Origin: a bacterium | GTDB taxonomy: Bacteria > UBA8248 | DNA: 64,000 bases | Direction: 5' to 3' | Assembly (NCBI GenBank): GCA_965221165.1 | Contig: CBDCRP010000003.1 | Span: 320,001 to 384,000, forward strand | Part shown: positions 50,734 through 60,655 of the stretch, piece by piece | Numbering within the stretch: the stretch's first letter is position 1 | Layout: every line of letters starts with the position of its first letter | Program-made: the position numbers and the translations under genes | Notes under the pieces: generated by a model | The model's database searches: none | Told to the model about the DNA's origin: nothing | What the model saw: the letters and a program-made list of their open reading frames with translations, nothing else

Positions 50734-51288
50734 TTAGACAAAGAGAAAAGAACCCGGGGCGTCCCATTCCCCTTTTTCATGACGAAAAAGCTTGCCCTTG
50801 TCGATGAGCAACTGTCCATCCTCGGCCAGCCCTATTTTCAGCCTCTCGAGCGGCCTCGGAGCCGGACCCTCGAAATTCACGCCGCTTCTGCGGAATCCGC
50901 TTCCGTGGCACGGGCACTTGAACTTGTCCTCGGAGCCCAAGTACTTAGGCGTGCATCCCAAATGGGTGCATATCGCGCTCAGGGCGTAGAACCCGTTTTG
51001 TTCGCGAATTATCCAGACGCGCTCGCTGTTCACGTACCGCGTATCCACCACGCCCACGGCGTAATCCGCCGGCTTGCCCGCCTTGAACTCCGTGGGGGGT
51101 TCGAACAGAACGCGCGGGAACATGAAGCGCAAAAACCCGAGCAGCGAGATACCGATGCTGCCCAGGACGCCGAGCCACCCCGTGTAGTTCATGAACCGCC
51201 TGCGGTCGATGAACGGCTTTTTTTCTTTCGCCTCCTCCTCGTAATCGGCGGGCAGCTTCACCGGAGGGGCTTTCAAGCGAGTGTTCAT
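50734..51288 (-). CDS. petC: Rieske iron-sulfur subunit
   Basis: Tat-like RRRF plus TM; CTHLGC, CPCHGS, GPAPRPL. Confidence 0.93.
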   Translation of the reverse strand: MNTRLKAPPVKLPADYEEEAKEKKPFIDRRRFMNYTGWLGVLGSIGISLLGFLRFMFPRVLFEPPTEFKAGKPADYAVGVVDTRYVNSERVWIIREQNGFYALSAICTHLGCTPKYLGSEDKFKCPCHGSGFRRSGVNFEGPAPRPLERLKIGLAEDGQLLIDKGKLFRHEKGEWDAPGSFLFV

Positions 51289-51489
51289 GCGGACTCCGCG
51301 CTCCTGTTCTGAGACTCGAACCACCTTTCAATTTCGCGCATCCCAAGGCCAATCCACTGCCAAGCGTCACGCGGATATATTATCCCCCATAACGACGGAT
51401 AATGAAACCGATTCGCTTGGTTTCGCCACGGGCGGCGCATGGCCTCGCCGGACGCCGAGACCACAGGGATGTAAGCAAACGCAAGATTC

Positions 51490-51518
51490 TTATTACGGAC
51501 GAAATCGTCTCGTGTCAA
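51490..51518 (-). promoter_or_regulatory. Sigma70-type promoter of the bc operon
   Basis: TTGACA-17nt-TAATAA. Confidence 0.6.
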
Positions 51519-51689
51519 GGGGGAAGCGGTTCGGATGCCGAGAGCACACCGAGTTCTCGCTCGCCATTCCGGCGCATACCGCTCGAAGTCGTTCGCAGAG
51601 GCAGGGTTATAGTTATAATGTTTTCCTCGTCCGAAGCAATCTCTCCTTCATCAGTCGCGGCAAACACTCCTCCATCAGTCGCGTTTGAC

Positions 51690-52679
51690 CTACAGACCCG
51701 CGCGGTTGTCCTCCTTGACGGCTTTGTTCACCACGTTCACGGGCCATTCGCCCGAGAGGACGCGCCGCACCTCGTTGGGCGCGCCCTGCTGGAGACCCAC
51801 CATGGACTCTTCGCTGTACCAGGCCGCGTGGGGGTTGATGATCACGTTCTCGCGGCCTCGCAAGGGATGCGGATCAGGCAGGGGTTCGGGGTCGGTCGTA
51901 TCAAGCGCGCACCCGGCTATCTCGCCCGCATCGAGCGCGCGCACCAGGGCGTCGGTGTCGATGATGGGTCCGCGCGAGCAGTTGACGATGAAAGCGGTGT
52001 TTTTCATTTGAGAAAACACCTCGTCGTTCATCATGCCGCGCGTCTGGGGGATGAGCGGCGGATGGATGGAGACGAAATCCGATCCCGCGAACATGTCGGC
52101 CAGTTCGGTCTTCTCCCCAGGCGCGTCGAATTGCCCCTGCTCCACGAAGGGGTCGTTGAACAGGACCCGCATCCCGAACGAAGCGGCGCGAACGGCCACC
52201 ATGCGGGCGATGTTCCCAAAGCCCACGAGTCCCAACGTGGCCCCCGCCAGGCGGAACATGGGCTTGCCCGGCGGCACCGCCCACTCGCCCGCGCGCACCC
52301 GGCGATCGTAAAACGCCACCTTTCTCGCCGATGCGAGCAGCAGCGACATCGTGTGCTCGGCGACCTCCTCGATGCAGTAGGTGGGGTTGTTCGTGACGAT
52401 GATGCCCGCCTCGGTGGCGGCGGCCAGATCGATGGTGTCCACGCCGATGCCGTATCTCGCGATGATCTTGCAACGCGGCATCCCGGCCATGTCCTCTTTC
52501 GTGATCGGCCCCGCGTAGGTGTTCAGCACGGCGTCGCAATCGGCGGCTTCCGCGAGAAATTCCGGGGGCGTCTTCGTCTGCATGGCGACGATGTCGGCGA
52601 GATCTCCTAAAATATCGTTTTCCACGTCCAAAGAATCCCAGACGTAATCGGTCAGGACGACTTTCGCCTTCTCCGGCAT
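51690..52679 (-). CDS. D-isomer-specific 2-hydroxyacid dehydrogenase (CtBP-like)
   Basis: YGIGVD, GFGNIA, NCSRG, DPEP, PHAAWYS. Confidence 0.9.
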   Translation of the reverse strand: MPEKAKVVLTDYVWDSLDVENDILGDLADIVAMQTKTPPEFLAEAADCDAVLNTYAGPITKEDMAGMPRCKIIARYGIGVDTIDLAAATEAGIIVTNNPTYCIEEVAEHTMSLLLASARKVAFYDRRVRAGEWAVPPGKPMFRLAGATLGLVGFGNIARMVAVRAASFGMRVLFNDPFVEQGQFDAPGEKTELADMFAGSDFVSIHPPLIPQTRGMMNDEVFSQMKNTAFIVNCSRGPIIDTDALVRALDAGEIAGCALDTTDPEPLPDPHPLRGRENVIINPHAAWYSEESMVGLQQGAPNEVRRVLSGEWPVNVVNKAVKEDNRAGL

Positions 52680-52985
52680 GTTTTTCCCCTCTCGTTGATA
52701 TCCATGAAATGCTTAAAATTTCGCCCAGCGATGCTATCCCACACAAATACGGGAATCAAGGCTTTGGAGCCATTCCTTGACCGCCCGAAGACGCTGTAAT
52801 AGCCTCTTTTGTAATGTTCATCGTATGCTTGAACACCGAGTCGGCGCGCTTTTCGTCGTTGCTCGTGAGCCCGCGAGCTCTTCATGCGGGAGGCGGAGAG
52901 GTTTTTGGATTGCGCCCGAGAGCATTATGAAAAGACGTTTACAGGCGCGTCGTCGGCTCAGTCATTTCCCGTTTCAGGAGAAAAG

Positions 52986-53552
52986 ATGCCGGACATCGAT
53001 TCGTTTCGCCTCAACCCCCGGGACTGCCTCCTGCTCGTCGTCGACGCGCAGGAGAAGCTCATGTCCGCCATGAGCGAGAGCGTGCGCTCCCAGGTCGTCG
53101 GGCAAATCCTGACGCTGGCAGAAACGGCGACGCGCCTCGATTTCCCCGTCCTCGTCACCGAGCAATACCCCAAAGGACTCGGACCCACCGTCGATGCGGT
53201 GGCGGCGAAAATACCGGATTTCTCCCCCATCGCGAAAATTTCGTTCAGCTGCTGCGGGGAGGAGGCCTTTTTGCCGCGCCTGCACGAAACCGGCAGAACG
53301 AAAATACTGCTCACGGGTGCGGAGACGCACGTGTGCTGCTACCAGACGGCGCTCGATCTGCTGGACAACGGCTTTATCGTTCACGTAGTGGCCGACGCGC
53401 TTTGCTCACGCTCCAAACTCAACTGGCGGACGGGGCTTTCCGCCTTGGAGCGCGCAGGCGCCATTCCCTCCACCACCGAGCAGGTGCTCTTCGATTTGCT
53501 CCGCGTGGCAGGCACCGAGGATTTCAAATTCCTCTCGAAACTGATACGTTAA
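52986..53552 (+). CDS. Isochorismatase family hydrolase
   Basis: VDAQEKL, TEQYPKGLG, K.SFSC, ETHVC. Confidence 0.9.
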   Translation: MPDIDSFRLNPRDCLLLVVDAQEKLMSAMSESVRSQVVGQILTLAETATRLDFPVLVTEQYPKGLGPTVDAVAAKIPDFSPIAKISFSCCGEEAFLPRLHETGRTKILLTGAETHVCCYQTALDLLDNGFIVHVVADALCSRSKLNWRTGLSALERAGAIPSTTEQVLFDLLRVAGTEDFKFLSKLIR

Positions 53553-53609
53553 GCCCCACGCCCACCTGAAAGGTTTTACCCGCATCCCGCGAGGAAGGAT
53601 TCGCCCAAG

Positions 53610-54704
53610 ATGGCGTCTGCACCCCAAAAAACAAGCGTCGGCGTGGTATTCGGCGGCAGATCGACGGAGCACGAAGTAAGCCGCAATTCGGGCAAGGCCA
53701 TCATGGCGGAACTGGACCCCGGGAAATACGACGTCCACCCCCTGCTCATTACGAAATCGGGCGCATGGCTCGCCCTCCCCGACCCGGATGCTTCGGAAGA
53801 CGAGGGCGAGGAGATACTTTTCTCGGGCACCCCGAACGGCAAACCGCTCCGGTACGCCGCAAGCGATGAAAATATCGATATCGACGTATTTTTCCCGATC
53901 ATTCACGGCACTTTCGGGGAAGACGGCACCCTCCAGGGACTCTTCGAGTTGGCGGAGGTTCCGTTCGTGGGTTCGGGATGCGCGTCGTCCGCGATAGCGA
54001 TGGACAAGACCGTGGCCAAGGCGGTGCTGCGCGCGGCGGGGCTGCCCGTTCTGCCGGCTCTTACGCTGTACCCCGATACTTGGCGTGCGGATCGCGACGC
54101 CATTTCGGAGGAGGCGGCTTCTAAAATCGAATATCCCCTGTTCGTCAAGCCCTCATCCTCGGGCAGCAGCGTCGGCGTCCACCTCGTGGAGAGCCCGGGA
54201 GAACTCGCCGACGCCGTAGAGGACGCCTTCCGGTTCGACCACAAGGTACTGCTCGAAGAACACGCCCGGGGTCGCGAAGTCGAGTGCTCCGTGCTCGAGG
54301 GACCCGCACCGGGCGACATCCTCGCCAGCCCGCTCATGGAGATCAGGACGCGCTCGGGCTGGTACGACTACGAGGCGAAATACGAAGAAGGGCGCGCCGA
54401 GCTCATCATCCTCGCACCCGTGGAGGAATCCCTCGCCGATCACGCCCGCTCCTACGCGCGGAGCGCATTCCGCGCCCTGGGCTGCTCGGGACTCGCCCGC
54501 GTGGATTTTTTCTACCGCGAGAAAACGGGCGAGACCTACATCAACGAGTTGAACACCCTGCCCGGCTTTACGCAGTTAAGCGGATATCCCCGGATGATCC
54601 GGGCGGCGGGCGTCCCCTACCCCGAAATGCTGGATCGCCTCATCGGCTGCGCGCTCGAGCGCAGCAAGAGGCTGGGCAGCAGGGAATACGACAGAAACAC
54701 TTAG
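53610..54704 (+). CDS. ddl: D-alanine--D-alanine ligase
   Basis: FGGRSTEHEVS, HGTFGEDG, GSSVG, YDYEAKY, NELNTLPGFT. Confidence 0.95.
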   Translation: MASAPQKTSVGVVFGGRSTEHEVSRNSGKAIMAELDPGKYDVHPLLITKSGAWLALPDPDASEDEGEEILFSGTPNGKPLRYAASDENIDIDVFFPIIHGTFGEDGTLQGLFELAEVPFVGSGCASSAIAMDKTVAKAVLRAAGLPVLPALTLYPDTWRADRDAISEEAASKIEYPLFVKPSSSGSSVGVHLVESPGELADAVEDAFRFDHKVLLEEHARGREVECSVLEGPAPGDILASPLMEIRTRSGWYDYEAKYEEGRAELIILAPVEESLADHARSYARSAFRALGCSGLARVDFFYREKTGETYINELNTLPGFTQLSGYPRMIRAAGVPYPEMLDRLIGCALERSKRLGSREYDRNT

Positions 54705-54717
54705 GCACGGCGTCTGT

Positions 54718-55710
54718 TTAGGCTCTTAAACAATTTTCCAAATATTCGAGGGCGCAATCTTCGGCCCAGTAGACCGGCGAGCGCGCGTTCGGACCCGACA
54801 CGAAACCCACGTGCCCCCCTTTTTTCGATAAAACCCCGCTCAACCACTCGGATTCCCCCACTTGCGCATGGGGAAAAACGCCGGGCGGCACGATGGGGTC
54901 GTCCTCTGCGGAGAGGATGAGCGTTTTCACCCGAATACGGGATAGATAAGGCGAAGCGTCGGCTTGTTCGTAATAATCCAGTTCGTCCCGAAAGCCATGC
55001 AGGGGCGCGATGACCAGGCGGTCGAAGTGGTGAAAGGTCCGCGCCCGCCTCACCGCCTCCATGTCGATGAGACCGGGGTGCAGTTCTGCGAAACGCTCGG
55101 CCTTTCTCTTCACGCTGCTCAGCAGATGCCATCTATAGAAATAGCCCCGCACGGAATCGAGAACCTTCGCGCACGCAGCGGGCCTTAAGCTCGCGGAAAT
55201 TCCGGCGGCCCCGCATATACGCGAGGAAACCCCCTCTCCGCATTCTCCCAGCCACTTGAGCAGGACGTTTCCCCCCAGGGAGAAGCCCGCCAGAACCAGC
55301 GGCGCATCGAATTTCTGGAGAATCCTCTCGACCACGAAGCCCAGATCTCCCGTTTCCCCGCAATGGTAGAATTTAGGCTCTAAGTTCGGCTCGCCGCCGC
55401 ATGAGCGGAAGTTCAGGGCCAGCGTCCGCCAGCCGAGCGCGCGCGCGCCGGCCGCCGCCCCGCGCACGTAATGGGACTCGGCGGAGCCTTCCAGCCCGTG
55501 CAGCACGAGCAGCGTGGGAGCTTCGCCTGCTTCCGCGTCGAGAAAGTCCACGTCCAGGAAATCGCCGTCGGGCGTATCCCAACGCTCGCGCCGCCAGGCG
55601 ATTCGCGGGCGTTTTCTTAAAAAATATCCCCATATGCTTTGGAGATGGCGGCCCGGGCAATACCAGGCCGGACGGAAAGGGGGGGTGAGCGAAGCGGCGC
55701 GCGCGTTCAT
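54718..55710 (-). CDS. YheT-like alpha/beta hydrolase
   Basis: HGLEGS, GFSLGGN, DDP, GGHVGF. Confidence 0.9.
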   Translation of the reverse strand: MNARAASLTPPFRPAWYCPGRHLQSIWGYFLRKRPRIAWRRERWDTPDGDFLDVDFLDAEAGEAPTLLVLHGLEGSAESHYVRGAAAGARALGWRTLALNFRSCGGEPNLEPKFYHCGETGDLGFVVERILQKFDAPLVLAGFSLGGNVLLKWLGECGEGVSSRICGAAGISASLRPAACAKVLDSVRGYFYRWHLLSSVKRKAERFAELHPGLIDMEAVRRARTFHHFDRLVIAPLHGFRDELDYYEQADASPYLSRIRVKTLILSAEDDPIVPPGVFPHAQVGESEWLSGVLSKKGGHVGFVSGPNARSPVYWAEDCALEYLENCLRA

Positions 55711-55734
55711 TCCGGGCGTATGGGCAGGTGCTGA

Positions 55735-56652
55735 TCAGCCATCCAGGCCGAGAAGCGCTTTATAGATATCCTCGCGAGTCGTCGGCGCGTCACGGCCATA
55801 CTTCATTTTATATTTTTGAGCCAGAACCTGGTAAAGGCCCAGCGAATTGCAGAAAAACGCGTTCGATGAGCAAACCAGCCAGATTCGATACACCCGGTAG
55901 GTGCGCTCACCGACCAGTTCCTTTATTTTTTCGGCGTTCTTCTCGAATCTCTCATACCATTGCTTACACGTGCGCGCATAGTGGAGCCTCAGATTCTCCA
56001 CGTCCAGAATCTCCCAGCGCGCAAGCTCCATCACGTCCTGAATATGAGAAATGTTGTCCATCTCGGCGTTGGGAAACACGTTGCGAAGCAGAAAATCGAA
56101 CTGGCTCGTGTGTTTCCAGAATTTGTTCGTCGTAATCCCGTGGTTCAGGAACAAGCCCCCGTCGCGCAGACGATTTCGCACCGAAGCGAAATAGCTCGGA
56201 TAATTCGCAATGCCCACGTGCTCAATGATTCCGATGGCGGAAATTTTCGCAAAAGTCCTCTCTTCGGGAAAATCCCGATAATCCATGTGATGGATTTCGC
56301 ATCTGCCTTCGAGTCCCTCGCGGCGAACCTGGTCCTGGCCCCATTTCGCCTGCTCGCGCGAGAGCGTCACGCCGGTTGCGTTCACGCCGTAGTGCTTCGC
56401 CGCCCATATCGCCAACGAACCCCATCCGCAGCCGATGTCGAGGTAATCCTCTCCGGGGGAGAGCCTGAGCTTCCTGCAAACGAGGTCCATCTTGTCACGC
56501 TGCGCCTGATCGAGATCGCCGTCGGGCTCCCGGTAGTAGGCGCACGTATACAGCATGTTTTCGCACAGGAATTGCTCGTAAAACTCGTTGGAAATATCGT
56601 AGTGGTGTGAGATCGCCTCGGCATCGAATTCTTTTGTTCTCTCTTTTACCAT
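55735..56652 (-). CDS. Cfa-family fatty acyl methyltransferase (catalytic domain only)
   Basis: ISHHYDISNEFY, YTCAY, LDIGCGWG, TLS.EQ, EHVG, HYARTC..W. Confidence 0.9.
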   Translation of the reverse strand: MVKERTKEFDAEAISHHYDISNEFYEQFLCENMLYTCAYYREPDGDLDQAQRDKMDLVCRKLRLSPGEDYLDIGCGWGSLAIWAAKHYGVNATGVTLSREQAKWGQDQVRREGLEGRCEIHHMDYRDFPEERTFAKISAIGIIEHVGIANYPSYFASVRNRLRDGGLFLNHGITTNKFWKHTSQFDFLLRNVFPNAEMDNISHIQDVMELARWEILDVENLRLHYARTCKQWYERFEKNAEKIKELVGERTYRVYRIWLVCSSNAFFCNSLGLYQVLAQKYKMKYGRDAPTTREDIYKALLGLDG

Positions 56653-56678
56653 AGCCGCCTCAATGTTGTTGTTGTTTT

Positions 56679-57791
56679 TCAGCCTATTCCGAATGCGCCT
56701 TCCAGAACCAACCGGCGTCTGAGCCAGGCGTTGCCGCAAATAAACCTGGCCACACCGAAAAGAACGTTGTCGGGAACGCGGTCGACCAATTTGTCGAGCA
56801 TCCCTTCCCCGCCGCTTCCGTATTTCGCGGAAAGCGCCTCACCGTATTCGACGAGACCCTCCCCCGTCTCCAGATACGCATGCGCGGCCCTCGCCGCCAT
56901 TTTAGCACTATGGACGGCAGGGCCGATGCCCTCTCCGCTGAAATCCTTGGCGAGACCGGCGGCGTCGCCGATAAGGGCGAACCCATCGCCCACCGGCCTT
57001 CGGACGTGCCTGCGATAGACCGAATAGGCGTGGCCGCGGAATTTCGTGAGTTCGAGCTTGGCGGACAGCCTTCCCGTTCGGCGGAATCTGTCGAGCAGAA
57101 TCTCGAGGCGCTCATGAACGCTCGGGCGCTTGCCGATGCAGCCCACGCCGATGTTCAAAAAATCCCCTTTTGTGAAATACCACGCATAACCCTTGAAGTC
57201 GGGTTCCGCGAACAGTTCGGGCAAACCGTAGTTGGGCGCCAGGGCGCGGAGCTTCTCCGCCCCCACGTTTGTTTCACTCTCCTGCGTCAAGACGACGGAT
57301 TCTTTCGAGGAAACGTCGCCGAAAGTCCTGGCGACGGGGCAGGTATGCCCCCCTGCGCCGATAACGACGGGCACTTCTAACTGCTCGCTTCCCAAATCCA
57401 CGCGCATTCCCCCGGCCGTCTTCTCGATACCCCGGACGCGGGCGCCCTCGCGCACCTCGGCGCCCTCTTCCTGCGCGCGCCTCAAGAGATAGGTGTCGAA
57501 CTGGCTCCTGATGATCCCGTAACTCGCAGGCTCGCTCCATTTCGTCTCGAGGAGCTTGTCGTCATAGCCCACGAACACGCTTTGAAACGGCTGTATCGTG
57601 TGGGGGTATTCATCAGGCCTGAGTTCCAGATCGGCCATCACCTGCTTCGTCACCCAGCCAGCGCAAAGTTTTACGCGCGGAAACGTGGCCGCATCGAGGA
57701 GCAGCACGCGGCGGCCCCTCTTCGCCAACTCCCAGGCGGCCGTGCTGCCCCCCGGGCCGCCTCCGACGATAAGAACATCCCAGGCGCTCAT
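56679..57791 (-). CDS. Geranylgeranyl reductase family FAD oxidoreductase
   Basis: VGGGPGGS, FPRVKLCAGW, GYAWYF, IGDAAG, GEGI. Confidence 0.88.
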   Translation of the reverse strand: MSAWDVLIVGGGPGGSTAAWELAKRGRRVLLLDAATFPRVKLCAGWVTKQVMADLELRPDEYPHTIQPFQSVFVGYDDKLLETKWSEPASYGIIRSQFDTYLLRRAQEEGAEVREGARVRGIEKTAGGMRVDLGSEQLEVPVVIGAGGHTCPVARTFGDVSSKESVVLTQESETNVGAEKLRALAPNYGLPELFAEPDFKGYAWYFTKGDFLNIGVGCIGKRPSVHERLEILLDRFRRTGRLSAKLELTKFRGHAYSVYRRHVRRPVGDGFALIGDAAGLAKDFSGEGIGPAVHSAKMAARAAHAYLETGEGLVEYGEALSAKYGSGGEGMLDKLVDRVPDNVLFGVARFICGNAWLRRRLVLEGAFGIG

Positions 57792-58144
57792 TCGGACAGT
57801 TTCCATATGCGCAGAGCGAACATGAATTTCTGCATCATGGTCATCTCCACCTTGTCGAAACTATCGGCCACCTTCATGGCCTCGAACAAATCGCCGTCGA
57901 AGTCGATGCCTCCGTCGCAATACGCTTCGGCAAACCCATCCGCCTGGGGATTCAGCAAAACGCGCTTGAAGGCATCCAGCGACGTGAACGTCACGGTAAC
58001 GGGGAGCACCTCGCGGCCCACCGCCAAAGCCGACCCGTCCCACATCCGAAAGTGGAGTCCGTGTTCGAGATCCCCGAAAATATGCCGCAGAATCTCGGCG
58101 GCGCCGGACGCGGCGGAACGGCTCTTTACAGGAGATGTCTTCAT
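57788..58144 (-). CDS. Stand-alone Cfa N-terminal-like domain protein
   Basis: FRMWDGS...FAEAYCDGGIDFDGDL resembles the N-terminus of long Cfa enzymes; stop overlaps the reductase ATG. Confidence 0.7.
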   Translation of the reverse strand: MKTSPVKSRSAASGAAEILRHIFGDLEHGLHFRMWDGSALAVGREVLPVTVTFTSLDAFKRVLLNPQADGFAEAYCDGGIDFDGDLFEAMKVADSFDKVEMTMMQKFMFALRIWKLSE

Positions 58145-58495
58145 GATGTCATCCTCCCGTAGGGCGATAGGGGATGATGTGTTCGACGTACTCTCTACAC
58201 TCTAACTCGTCCATGCCTCGTGAAGCGCGAAAAAGAAAACCCGGTCATGCTGAAACATTCATCTATTCTGAATTAACGCTCCTCGCGCATTCTGTCAACC
58301 CTTTTTTTTGGATGGGGGAGGCATCAGGGTGAGGACGGGGGCGTCAGCAGATGAGCGGGAACGGGAAGAAAGGGCGAAGCATCCCTCACCTCCTTGCGTA
58401 AGGAGCGCAATTCCCCGCATTTGCGCGCCGGGGCTACCGGGTGCGCGCGCGTATGATGACGAAGCGGGTCGGCGCGTTCAGCGGCGGGTGCGTTT

Positions 58496-58556
58496 GTGAA
58501 AATAAGTGAAAAAAAGGTGAAAAATAGCGAAAAATAGTGAAAATATCTGAAAATTT
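58496..58556. repeat. Six phased A-tract units with about 10-bp period
   Basis: GTGAAAATAA, GTGAAAAAAAG, GTGAAAAATA, GCGAAAAATA, GTGAAAATAT, CTGAAAATTT. Confidence 0.7.
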
Positions 58557-58626
58557 AAATAATTGAATAATTAGGGATTATATCGAAAAAAGCCCTTGGC
58601 GGGTGATGGGGCCCCACCCCCCTCGC

Positions 58627-59484
58627 CTAGCGGAGCGAGGTCACCAGAATCACGCCCGCCACGGTGAAGAGCGCGCCCCAAGCGATGCGCCGCGTGATTC
58701 TCTCCCTGCTCCCCAGAATCAGGGGCGCCAGCGCGAGCGTAAAGAGCGGCACCGTCGCCACCATGGGCGAGACGCGGGACACCTCTCCCATGCTCAGGGC
58801 GGCCATCAGGCACAACTGGGCGGCCCCCATCGCAAGCCCCGCCCAGAAGAAATTCATCAGCGAGGGCCTGTTGAACACGAACGGGCGCCACCCGGTGCTC
58901 GCCTTCAGGAAAAACGGCCCCACGGCGCACGCCGAAAGCGATTGCAGGAATCCCCCGAGAACGAGCGAGTCCATGCCCCCCAGCCCCATTTTCCTGAGCA
59001 TGTGGGCGAGTCCGAAAAAAGCGGCCGAAGTGAACGGCAGAAGCAGAGCGCGCCCCCTTGTGAGCGGACCTCCTCCGCTCGACATCCAGAAAACACCGGC
59101 CACGACGAAGAGAATCCCCAGCCACACCACGGCGGGCGGGCGTTCCCCCAGAAATATGAAAGCCCAAAGCGCCCCGAAAATGGCGTGGGTATTGGAGATG
59201 GCGCTCGTGGGAGCCACGCCGATTCTCTGGATCGAGCGATACAGGAACAACAAGGAGAGCGCGGGCGAGGAGAGCCCCGCCGCCAGAAAGGCGAGCCAGT
59301 AGACCGAGAACGATATTTGGGAGAAATCCACCGCCGCCAGGCAAAAAGAGAAGAACAACAATTGCATGAAGAGGACGACCAGACTCCCCGTGTGCGGCGT
59401 ACTGCCGTCCAGCCCTCTCCTGGTCATGATGCTCGAGAGGGAGAAGAAAAGAGCCGGGCTCAGGGCAACCAGTTCGAACGGCAT
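58627..59484 (-). CDS. EamA/DMT family transporter
   Basis: About 10 TM in two repeats; FLGER and LGSRERIT. Confidence 0.85.
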   Translation of the reverse strand: MPFELVALSPALFFSLSSIMTRRGLDGSTPHTGSLVVLFMQLLFFSFCLAAVDFSQISFSVYWLAFLAAGLSSPALSLLFLYRSIQRIGVAPTSAISNTHAIFGALWAFIFLGERPPAVVWLGILFVVAGVFWMSSGGGPLTRGRALLLPFTSAAFFGLAHMLRKMGLGGMDSLVLGGFLQSLSACAVGPFFLKASTGWRPFVFNRPSLMNFFWAGLAMGAAQLCLMAALSMGEVSRVSPMVATVPLFTLALAPLILGSRERITRRIAWGALFTVAGVILVTSLR

Positions 59485-59539
59485 TCAAACTCCGACCCGG
59501 CCGATGGCATCGACCTGTCCGGCATAGGGAGAAAGTCGA

Positions 59540-60487
59540 TTAAACGACCTCTGGATTCACGATATTCACGGGTTTTTCGCCGGCCAGGGCCAGACGCATG
59601 TTCTCCGCAGTGCGATCCATGGCGGCGACCTGCGTCTCCGGCGTCCGGGAAGCATGGTGCGGGCTGATGATGACGTTCTCCAAACCCCACAAGCCATGGT
59701 CCTTCGGTAAAGGCTCAGGGTCCGTGACGTCAAGCCCCGCGCCGCCCAGGTGGCCGGCGCGCATCACCTCCAGAAGATCACCGCTCACCACGGCGGGGCC
59801 TCTGGAAACGTTGATGAGCATGGCTTCCGGCTTCATTTTCAAGAGATTTTCCTTGTTCATGATGCCCCGCATCTCCGGCGCCAGGGGCATGCACAGAATC
59901 AGGAAATCGGCGCGCGGCAAAAGCGCATCGAAAGAGGAGAACTCGAACTTCGCCTCGGGCACATAGGAGGGGTCCTCCGTTCGCGTATTGATGAGCAGTT
60001 CCATACCGAAACCACTGCCGATGCGCGCCGCCCTGCGGCCGATATCTCCAAGACCCACGATGCCGAGCGATTTTCCGCCCAATTGCACCGCCGGCACGTG
60101 CTCCCAAGTTTCCTGCTCATCGCGCATCCAGGCGTGGCGCGCCAGATACAGCGCCATGAAAAAAGCGTGCTCCGCCACGGAGCGGCCCCGGACGCCCTCT
60201 ACGTTGCAGACCATGACGCCACGCTCATTGGCCGCATCGACATTGATGTTGTCCACGCCTGCACCCGGCTTGGCCACTACCTTGAGATTCGGCGCCATGG
60301 CCATCATCTCGGGCGAGACGGGCCGAAACACCGTGAGTATGCCCTCCGCATCCGGCAACAATGGTTCTATGGCCTCCGGGGTGTATTCGTCCGGCGCGAT
60401 GACCTCGTGCCCCGCGCCCAGCCAATCAGAAGACACGTTCCATGCAGGAGTCGAGTAAAGCGGATCGATCAACACTACTTTCGCCAT
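59540..60487 (-). CDS. D-isomer-specific 2-hydroxyacid dehydrogenase
   Basis: GAGVDNI, GLGDIG, NVSRG, DVTDPEP, SPH. Confidence 0.9.
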   Translation of the reverse strand: MAKVVLIDPLYSTPAWNVSSDWLGAGHEVIAPDEYTPEAIEPLLPDAEGILTVFRPVSPEMMAMAPNLKVVAKPGAGVDNINVDAANERGVMVCNVEGVRGRSVAEHAFFMALYLARHAWMRDEQETWEHVPAVQLGGKSLGIVGLGDIGRRAARIGSGFGMELLINTRTEDPSYVPEAKFEFSSFDALLPRADFLILCMPLAPEMRGIMNKENLLKMKPEAMLINVSRGPAVVSGDLLEVMRAGHLGGAGLDVTDPEPLPKDHGLWGLENVIISPHHASRTPETQVAAMDRTAENMRLALAGEKPVNIVNPEVV

Positions 60488-60655
60488 GATGTAAGTCCTC
60501 ATATAAAAATCGCCCGCACTCCCACGGGACGGAAAACACATATCCAGAAAAAGCGGCTCGTGGGCCATCTCGTGGGCCTTAATAACGATTCATTGGTCTA
60601 TGACAGGATTCTGAACCGAGCCTCCCCGCATGGGGGAGTCATCCTTTCTGTTTTT

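Noticed and set aside
51615-51685. Hammerhead-like CUGAUGA...GAAA on the minus strand within a 17-bp near-duplicate
   Set aside because: Stem II cannot be formed; appears to be a short tandem duplication
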